Origin: an uncultured Erysipelotrichaceae bacterium
Lineage (GTDB): Bacteria > Bacillota_I > Bacilli_A > RFN20 > CAG-826
Assembly: GCA_947303755.1 (NCBI GenBank)
Contig: CAMYZF010000002.1
Coordinates: 1 to 47,224 of the forward strand
Reading direction: 5' to 3'
Length of the DNA: 47,224 bases
Below, piece by piece: positions 41,602 to 47,224 of this stretch. The translations under genes and the position numbers were made by a program. The notes beneath the pieces are model-generated. The model was not told the DNA's origin. It ran no database searches and worked only from the letters and a program-made list of their open reading frames with translations. Within the stretch, counting starts at the first letter, position 1. Each line of letters starts with the position of its first letter.

Positions 41602-43413
41602 ATGAAATTTGACAAGGATCATATTCGTAATTTCTCGATCATTGCTCATATTGATCATGGTAAATCCACTTTAGCGGATCGTATTTTAGAATTGACCGAA
41701 ACCATTTCTAAAAGAGAAATGAAGGACCAATTCTTAGATTCAATGGATCTTGAAAGAGAAAGAGGAATCACGATTAAGTTAAATGCGGTTACGATCAAAT
41801 ATCATTCTTTGAATGGAGAAGACTATTTATTTAACTTGATCGACACTCCGGGACACGTCGACTTCTCATACGAAGTATCACGCTCCCTCGCAGCGTGCGA
41901 AGGTTGTCTTTTAGTCGTCGATGCTTCTCAAGGAGTCGAAGCTCAAACTTTAGCGAATGTGTATTTAGCAGTGGACAACAACCTCGAAATTGTTCCTGTA
42001 ATCAATAAAATTGATTTACCTAGCGCAATGCCAGATGTTGTCAAGAAAGAAATTGAAGACAAGATTGGTATCTCATGTGAGAATGCGTGCCTTGTATCTG
42101 CAAAGACAGGTGAAGGTATCCAAGATGTCTTAGAAGCAGTTGTGAAATACATTCCTGCTCCAGCGGGAAGAGATGACAAGCCTTTACAGGCTTTAATCTT
42201 TGATTCTTACTATGATTCATATCGTGGAGTCGTCGTTTTGACATGTATTAAAAACGGTAAAGTCAAAGTTGGTGACACCATTAAACTTATGGCGGCTAAC
42301 AAAGAATACTTAGTCACTGAAGTCGGCATTAGAACTCCTAAGGAGTTAAAGAAAGAAGAATTAGTAGCTGGTGAAGTTGGATATATCGCTGCCCAGATTA
42401 AAGATATTAAAGATGTTGTTCCTGGTGAAACTATTACATTAAGTAATAATCCTTGCGACAAACCTCTCCCAGGTTATCGTAAGATGAACCCAATGGTGTA
42501 TTGTGGTCTTTATCCAGTTGACTCCAAGAAATATCTAGACTTAAAGGATGCTTTAGAGAAATTATCTCTAAATGACTCTTCATTGGTGTTTGAAGCCGAA
42601 ACATCACAAGCCTTAGGCTTTGGTTTTAGATGTGGCTTCTTAGGACTTCTTCATATGGACGTAGTCCAAGAAAGACTAGAAAGAGAATATAATCTTGATT
42701 TGATTTTGACCGCTCCAAGTGTCATTTATCATATCAACCTCTTTAATGGTGATATGATTGAACTTGATAACCCATCCAAACTTCCTGATCTAACAACCAT
42801 TAGAGATATCGAAGAACCATACGTCAAAGCTCAAATCATGACTCCAAAGGAGTATGTTGGTCCAGTTATGGAATTATGTCAGAACCGTAGAGGTATCTAC
42901 GTAGACTTACAATACTTCGACGATACAAGAATGGTTATTACCTACGAACTTCCTTTAGCGGAAATTGTTTACAATTTCTTTGATAAACTTAAAAGCTATT
43001 CTAAAGGATACGCTAGTTTTGATTATGAATATTCTGGATATCATTCTGGAAACTTGGCTAAGATGGATATTCTCCTTAATGGAGAAGTTATCGATGCTCT
43101 CTCTACAATTGTGCATAGATCCACAGCGTATGAGCGTGGTAGTGTAGTCGTTAGACGCCTAAAAGAAATTATCCCGAGACAACAATTCGAAGTTCCTGTC
43201 CAGGCTGCCATAAATGGCAAAGTCATCGCTAGAGCAGATATTAAGGCTGTTCGTAAAGATGTCTTAGCTAAATGTTATGGTGGTGATATATCTAGAAAAC
43301 GCAAATTGCTTGAAAAGCAAAAAGAAGGAAAGAAGCGCATGAAAGCTATTGGATCGGTCGAAGTTCCGCAAGAAGCCTTCATGAGTGTCCTCTCAATTGA
43401 TGACGATAATTAA
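41602..43413 (+). CDS. lepA: Translation elongation factor 4 (LepA)
   Basis: [20 protein letters not shown] (G1), DTPGHVDF (G3), NKID (G4), and the LepA-specific C-terminal domain. ATG 41602 is preferred over the overlapping 41566 start. Confidence 0.96.
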   Translation: MKFDKDHIRNFSIIAHIDHGKSTLADRILELTETISKREMKDQFLDSMDLERERGITIKLNAVTIKYHSLNGEDYLFNLIDTPGHVDFSYEVSRSLAACEGCLLVVDASQGVEAQTLANVYLAVDNNLEIVPVINKIDLPSAMPDVVKKEIEDKIGISCENACLVSAKTGEGIQDVLEAVVKYIPAPAGRDDKPLQALIFDSYYDSYRGVVVLTCIKNGKVKVGDTIKLMAANKEYLVTEVGIRTPKELKKEELVAGEVGYIAAQIKDIKDVVPGETITLSNNPCDKPLPGYRKMNPMVYCGLYPVDSKKYLDLKDALEKLSLNDSSLVFEAETSQALGFGFRCGFLGLLHMDVVQERLEREYNLDLILTAPSVIYHINLFNGDMIELDNPSKLPDLTTIRDIEEPYVKAQIMTPKEYVGPVMELCQNRRGIYVDLQYFDDTRMVITYELPLAEIVYNFFDKLKSYSKGYASFDYEYSGYHSGNLAKMDILLNGEVIDALSTIVHRSTAYERGSVVVRRLKEIIPRQQFEVPVQAAINGKVIARADIKAVRKDVLAKCYGGDISRKRKLLEKQKEGKKRMKAIGSVEVPQEAFMSVLSIDDDN

Positions 43414-43450
43414 ATCAGTCGTATTATAGTAAAAAATTAGTAGTTTTATA

Positions 43451-43498
43451 TTGATATATACATTTCTCCTTGTTATAATCTAGGCAAGGAGATTTTTT
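43451..43498 (+). promoter_or_regulatory. Composite element: lepA terminator hairpin whose loop carries a TTGATA-17-TATAAT promoter's -10 box and whose 3' arm is the next gene's SD
   Basis: TTGATA 43451-43456. Stem TCTCCTTG (43465-43472) / CAAGGAGA (43485-43492). TATAAT 43474-43479 lies in the loop. T6 at 43493-43498, ATG at 43499. Confidence 0.65.
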
Positions 43499-44902
43499 AT
43501 GGCAGATAATTCATTAGCGATTAGATTCAGCGAAGAGAAGTATTGCACTCGCGCTGAAGTGGCCGAAGCACTCGGCACAAATTTGATTGAACCAATATGG
43601 GATTCAATCCTTTTATATAGGAAACAATTCAGACGTCAAATAATTTTATTTGATATTACTAAAGTTCCTTTCTCAATTACTTACATGCCTCAAATTATGA
43701 AGAACATTGAAAGTGTTGAAGAAAGCGTTTCTGAATACATTGTTAGCTTTGGCGGTCTTCAAGATGGATCCGTCTCTAAATACACAATCTTTAGAGAAAT
43801 GTGCATCAGCGAACTCAAAACAATCGCCAAAATTAACAAAGTTAACGTTAACGATATAGCGTTAAATAACATTATCGAGTACAAAAACACCGAATCGCTT
43901 TATGAACCATTACATCGCTATTTTTCTGCCTTGACTCATTTAGAAAAGAATCCTCGTGAAAAATTTTCTTTAGAAACCATTAAAAAGTATTACGCAATTA
44001 TTTCTGGCGAAGAAGGCGAATTCTTCTTTAGAAGAAGTGAAATTGACGCAACATCACAGAAGTTTTTAATCAACCGCGAATACGAAGGAGCGCCTACACA
44101 AGAGATTGCTTGGTTAATGGATAATCTTATTAACTATGTTAATTCCAGTAATGATTCCTTTTTAATTAAGGTTGCGGTTGTCGCTTATATGATTAATTAC
44201 ATCAAGCCATTTGAAAGATATAACAAGGAAATGGCAGCAATTTTAACTAAGTTAATTGTCTCATTAAGCGATGTTGAATCTGCTGCAGCTTATATTCCTC
44301 TAGAATCACTCATTTATGATGAGAAAGGAATTCTTTCTAGTGTATCTAGAGAAATTCAACGTTCTCGTGATTTAACTTATCAAGTTACTCGCGCTCTCGA
44401 CTTATTCACAAACGCTCTTGATGTTATTAGAGACCGCATCGTTCAAGTTAGCGCTCAGGAAGTAAATAATTCTTACACCTTTGGTGAATCACGTGAAGAA
44501 TTCAAAGAGGAGTTCGGTTTCGAACCTTCTCCTGAAATCATCGCTCCAAAAGTGGAGCCTGTTGAACAACCAAAGGTTGAAGTTAAAAAACCACGTGAGC
44601 ATAAGCCAATTGAGGTTATCAAAAGAGAACCTGTCGAAGAGAATTCGCTCAGTGATAAACAACTTAGACGTATGGCGGAAAACCTTCTTGAAGAAGACCC
44701 ACTTCTTAAAAAGAAACAAGCGCATTTCTATGTTCGTCACTGCACAAAAGGAAAATACTATACCATCCAACAATTCAAGAAGTGCGAAGGTACAGTCTAT
44801 GAGACTGCTCGCACATCCATGGATAATTTAGCGCGCCTTGGCTACTATAGACGTGAGCAAGTGAAAAACAAGTTTGTTTACACCCCAATTGACAAAGAGT
44901 AA
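43499..44902 (+). CDS. Fic/DOC-family-like protein with degenerate active-site motif and C-terminal winged-helix-like domain
   Basis: Where Fic proteins have HPFxxGNGRxxR, this protein reads KPFERYNKEMAA (only P, F and N kept). A Pro/Glu/Lys-rich linker follows (PKVEPVEQPKVEVKKPREHKPIEV), then a C-terminal YTIQQFKKCEGTVYETARTSMDNLARLGYY wHTH-like segment. Confidence 0.6.
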   Translation: MADNSLAIRFSEEKYCTRAEVAEALGTNLIEPIWDSILLYRKQFRRQIILFDITKVPFSITYMPQIMKNIESVEESVSEYIVSFGGLQDGSVSKYTIFREMCISELKTIAKINKVNVNDIALNNIIEYKNTESLYEPLHRYFSALTHLEKNPREKFSLETIKKYYAIISGEEGEFFFRRSEIDATSQKFLINREYEGAPTQEIAWLMDNLINYVNSSNDSFLIKVAVVAYMINYIKPFERYNKEMAAILTKLIVSLSDVESAAAYIPLESLIYDEKGILSSVSREIQRSRDLTYQVTRALDLFTNALDVIRDRIVQVSAQEVNNSYTFGESREEFKEEFGFEPSPEIIAPKVEPVEQPKVEVKKPREHKPIEVIKREPVEENSLSDKQLRRMAENLLEEDPLLKKKQAHFYVRHCTKGKYYTIQQFKKCEGTVYETARTSMDNLARLGYYRREQVKNKFVYTPIDKE

Positions 44903-44919
44903 AATAAGGAGCGGTAATT

Positions 44920-45168
44920 ATGTTTAGAATATTCGCAGCTGCAGATTTACTTCCATTATGGATTATTCTTGGCCTATTAGGCTTCTTTGGATTACTAATT
45001 TTAGTAATCATCTTTGTTAAAAGACGTTTTACAGCTCTTCAAATTAAGAAAGATGAAATCGATGAAGCTGAAGCGGTTCGTCAAGAATTAGATCGCTATT
45101 TAGTGCCTATTGAAGACGAAGAGATTCAAAAAGCGATGGCGGAAGATGAACTCAAAAACAAAAAATAA
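44920..45168 (+). CDS. Small single-pass membrane protein with acidic C-terminal tail
   Basis: SD AAGGAG lies 8 nt upstream. LLPLWIILGLLGFFGLLILVIIFV is the TM helix, followed by KRR and an acidic helix. Confidence 0.6.
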   Translation: MFRIFAAADLLPLWIILGLLGFFGLLILVIIFVKRRFTALQIKKDEIDEAEAVRQELDRYLVPIEDEEIQKAMAEDELKNKK

Positions 45169-46246
45169 ATCTTTATATATCCATATACCGTTTTGTGACC
45201 ACATTTGTAAATACTGTGACTTCACAAAACTTTTTTATAACGAAAAATTCGCTAAACCATATGTTAAGAAGCTCTTAGAAGAGATTGATTCTTATCATAT
45301 TAACAAAGTTAATACTATCTACATCGGTGGTGGAACACCAACTTCTTTAAACGATGAAGATTTTGAAACTCTTCTTAAGAAGGTTAAGTCGTTTCTCATC
45401 GATGGTGGTGAATTCACTGTCGAAGCAAACGTGGAGAATTTAACTGATTCAAAACTTGTTTTGATGGACAAATACGGAGTCACTCGCTTATCCATAGGCG
45501 TGGAATCAACCCAAAATAGCCGTCTAAAAGAAATAGGGCGAAGTCACACCTATGAAGACGCTGTTAGAGTCGTTAACAAGGCTAAAAAGCATAATTTTGA
45601 CTCAATTAATGTTGATTTGATCTACGGATTTGATGGTCAGAGTGAAGAAGATTTAAAAAATGATTTAAAAAATATCCTCGCTTTAGACACTGATCACATT
45701 TCAATTTATTCGCTTATCGTCTCTCCTGGGACAGTCTTTTACAATGTAAAATATCCAGTTCAAAGCGAAGATGCCTCAAGAGCGTTCTATGAAATTATCC
45801 TGAACACTCTTAGAGAACATGGCTACAAAAGATATGAAATATCTAACTTCGCTAGAAATGGGAAATATTCTAAACACAACATCGTTTATTGGAAAGACGA
45901 AGAGTATTATGGATGCGGCTTAGGTGCTTCAGGCTATATTGATGGAGTCCGTTACGAGAATACTAAGAACTTAGATAACTATCTAAATGGTGAATTCATC
46001 GATTCTAAAGAAGTTGTTTCTAAGGAAAAAGATTTTACATATTATTTGCTCACCAATCTTAGGATGGAAGATGGTTTCTTAAGAAAAGATTTCAAGGATA
46101 GATTCGGAATCGATTTCGTGGATAAGTACAAAGAAAAGATTGCTCCATTTATGAGTAGTGGAGACTTAATCGTCACCGAAAAAGAGGTCAAACTAAGCGA
46201 TAATGGTCTACTCATAATGGACTATATTTTGCTGAAAATCATCTAA
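45146..46246 (+). CDS. hemW: Radical SAM heme chaperone HemW (HemN-like, oxygen-independent coproporphyrinogen oxidase family)
   Basis: LYIHIPFCDHICKYCDF (CxxxCxxC), GGGTPT, and the position between lepA and hrcA as in Bacillus. ATG 45146 is preferred over TTG 45110. Confidence 0.9.
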   Translation: MNSKTKNKSLYIHIPFCDHICKYCDFTKLFYNEKFAKPYVKKLLEEIDSYHINKVNTIYIGGGTPTSLNDEDFETLLKKVKSFLIDGGEFTVEANVENLTDSKLVLMDKYGVTRLSIGVESTQNSRLKEIGRSHTYEDAVRVVNKAKKHNFDSINVDLIYGFDGQSEEDLKNDLKNILALDTDHISIYSLIVSPGTVFYNVKYPVQSEDASRAFYEIILNTLREHGYKRYEISNFARNGKYSKHNIVYWKDEEYYGCGLGASGYIDGVRYENTKNLDNYLNGEFIDSKEVVSKEKDFTYYLLTNLRMEDGFLRKDFKDRFGIDFVDKYKEKIAPFMSSGDLIVTEKEVKLSDNGLLIMDYILLKII

Positions 46247-46270
46247 TTTTTCTTATTTCTATCAAAAATT

Positions 46271-46295
46271 AACCACTCTGTGGTTTTTTTATTTT
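46271..46295 (+). terminator. Intrinsic terminator of hemW
   Basis: AACCAC / GTGGTT stem followed by TTTTTTTATTTT. Confidence 0.8.
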
Positions 46296-46306
46296 ATCAA
46301 ACAAAT

Positions 46307-46333
46307 TTAGCACTTAAGCCTTGACAGTGCCAA
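46307..46333 (+). promoter_or_regulatory. Degenerate CIRCE element overlapping the hrcA -35
   Basis: TTAGCACTT-AAGCCTTGA-CAGTGCCAA. Confidence 0.7.
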
Positions 46334-46348
46334 AATGGTCAATATAAT
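46321..46348 (+). promoter_or_regulatory. hrcA promoter TTGACA-16-TATAAT
   Basis: TTGACA 46321-46326 and TATAAT 46343-46348. Confidence 0.8.
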
Positions 46349-46353
46349 ATGTG

Positions 46354-46380
46354 TTAGCACTCCAAAAGTGTGAGTGCCAA
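46354..46380 (+). promoter_or_regulatory. CIRCE element covering the hrcA TSS and leader
   Basis: TTAGCACTC-CAAAAGTGT-GAGTGCCAA. Confidence 0.9.
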
Positions 46381-46395
46381 AAAAAGGAGAAAAAC

Positions 46396-47224
46396 ATGAA
46401 CCGTCGTGACCGTATCTTAAAGTTGATCGTTGAACATTTCATCAAAACCGCTCAACCAGTCGGTAGCCAAACTCTTATTAACGAGTATGGGTTACAGTAC
46501 TCAAGTGCGACAATTCGTGCGGAGATGAACGCTCTTGAAGTTGATGGCCTTCTTGAAAAGACCCATACATCATCTGGGCGCGTTCCTTCTAGCAAAGGAT
46601 ATCGATACTATATCGACAACCTACGCGAGAAAAGTGTCTCCGATGAATTCAAGTATCAAATGCAGACGATCTTAGACCAGAAGACACAGTCGATTGAAAA
46701 CGTTATTAAGGAATCATGTGAGATTTTATCTCAAATGACCTCATTAGCCTCAATCGTCTTAGGTCCTAACGCTAAAGAAGAAAAGCTCGCTTCGGTCCAA
46801 ATTATTCCTCTATCAAATTCGAGCGCAACCTGCGTATTCGTCACTGACCAAGGCTATGTAGAAAACAAAACCTTCCCTCTTAGTGAAGAAGTTCAATTAG
46901 AAGACATTGAAAAATGTGTCAAGCTTCTAAACGAAAGACTAAAAGGAACAGTCATCTCTGATCTTGTTCCAAAGATGGAAGCGATTAGACCTCTTCTTAA
47001 CGACTATGTCGTTGATCAAGATGTCATCTACCAAGCAATGCTTGAAGCCTTCGTTGGATTCGCGAAAGATCGTTTGAACACTTATGGTAAAGATAATTTG
47101 TTCGAACAACCAGAATTCGCGAATGATGCGACGAAGATCCGTCATCTCCTCGAACTCTTCGAATCTCCAGAAGTATTTAGAGAAGTTGAAGACGAACAAG
47201 ATGGTGACATCTCCATCCGTATCG
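46396..47224 (+). CDS. hrcA: Heat-inducible transcription repressor HrcA (3' end outside window)
   Basis: My own translation from ATG 46396 is open to the window end. MNRRDRILKLIVEHFIKTAQPVGSQTL...SSATIRAEMNALEVDGLLEKTHTSSGRVPSSKGYRYY is the HrcA signature. SD AAGGAGA. It is absent from the ORF track because no stop lies in the window. Confidence 0.93.
   Translation, partial: MNRRDRILKLIVEHFIKTAQPVGSQTLINEYGLQYSSATIRAEMNALEVDGLLEKTHTSSGRVPSSKGYRYYIDNLREKSVSDEFKYQMQTILDQKTQSIENVIKESCEILSQMTSLASIVLGPNAKEEKLASVQIIPLSNSSATCVFVTDQGYVENKTFPLSEEVQLEDIEKCVKLLNERLKGTVISDLVPKMEAIRPLLNDYVVDQDVIYQAMLEAFVGFAKDRLNTYGKDNLFEQPEFANDATKIRHLLELFESPEVFREVEDEQDGDISIRI

Noticed and set aside
60-45011. Dozens of 60-140-aa ORFs nested in or antisense to larger genes, for example 2635-3003(-), 12646-13029(-), 13961-14257(+), 14298-14597(-), 26722-27072(-), 28402-28740(-), 36594-37019(+), 44481-44831(+), 44775-45011(-)
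   Set aside because: Each overlaps a long ORF with strong family motifs. They lack SDs and have low-complexity or improbable composition, which is typical of shadow ORFs.
673-45145. Longer N-terminal extensions given by the track (starts at 673, 4183, 16857, 38233, 41566, 45110)
   Set aside because: These are mostly TTG-initiated read-ins that cross upstream terminators, promoters or the preceding gene. Downstream ATGs (715, 4270, 16875, 38269, 41602, 45146) fit family N-termini and have either an SD or a correctly spaced -10 box.
46939-47199. 86-aa minus-strand ORF at the window end
   Set aside because: It lies entirely inside the plus-strand hrcA reading frame, which has unmistakable HrcA motifs. 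It is an antisense shadow ORF.
1-47224. Possibility of genetic code 4 (UGA = Trp), given the Mollicutes-like features
   Set aside because: TGA ends lon (28793-28795), comEA (32877-32879) and the GHMP kinase (16709-16711) at the expected protein lengths. All long ORFs are intact under the standard code.
1-47224. Scan for tRNA or rRNA genes, CRISPR arrays, IS elements, integrases and phage genes
   Set aside because: No cloverleaf-like segments, no regularly spaced direct repeats, and no transposase or integrase-like ORFs were seen. The only long repeats are the internal repeats of the surface-protein gene.

Overview
AT-rich chromosomal segment that looks like Bacillota/Mollicutes. It reads with the standard genetic code: TGA terminates lon, comEA and the GHMP kinase. 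I count about 45 protein genes and saw no rRNA, tRNA, CRISPR array, transposase or integrase. All calls come from reading motifs by eye; no database search was run.

Gene content:
- Backbone: glmS 3' end; a DtxR-family repressor with feoA-feoA-feoB and a Cys-rich partner; a HydCBA-type [FeFe] hydrogenase operon; a GHMP kinase, GtrA-like protein, GT2 and YggS; a flavodoxin with a flavodiiron-rubredoxin fusion; clpB.
- Two blocks match Bacillus subtilis gene order as I recall it: tig-lon-engB(-valS), and comEA-comEC-holA-rpsT ... lepA-hemW-hrcA. hrcA runs off the 3' end and is missing from the ORF track.
- Accessory-looking content: a lipoprotein, a 1413-aa repeat-built surface protein, an orphan Phd-type antitoxin and a stand-alone ATP-grasp enzyme (4.2-11.2 kb); an adenylation-carrier didomain protein and a nuclease-XPD-type helicase fusion (36-41.6 kb); a motif-degenerate Fic-like protein plus a small membrane protein inserted between lepA and hemW.

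Most interesting observations:
1. An unannotated 29-aa hydrophobic peptide ORF at 23970-24059. It is enclosed by an ~19-bp pairing between its 5' and 3' UTRs and faces a convergent antisense promoter. This resembles a type I toxin-antitoxin layout.
2. Eight genes have no Shine-Dalgarno (SD) sequence but carry a -10 box 6-10 nt upstream of the ATG, which suggests leaderless mRNAs.
3. The clpB and hrcA promoters are each sandwiched between two CIRCE (HrcA operator) elements in the same arrangement.
4. The HydA active-site motif reads TSCSPGW instead of TSCCPxW.
5. One hairpin serves as the lepA terminator, holds the next gene's -10 box in its loop, and forms that gene's SD with its 3' arm.
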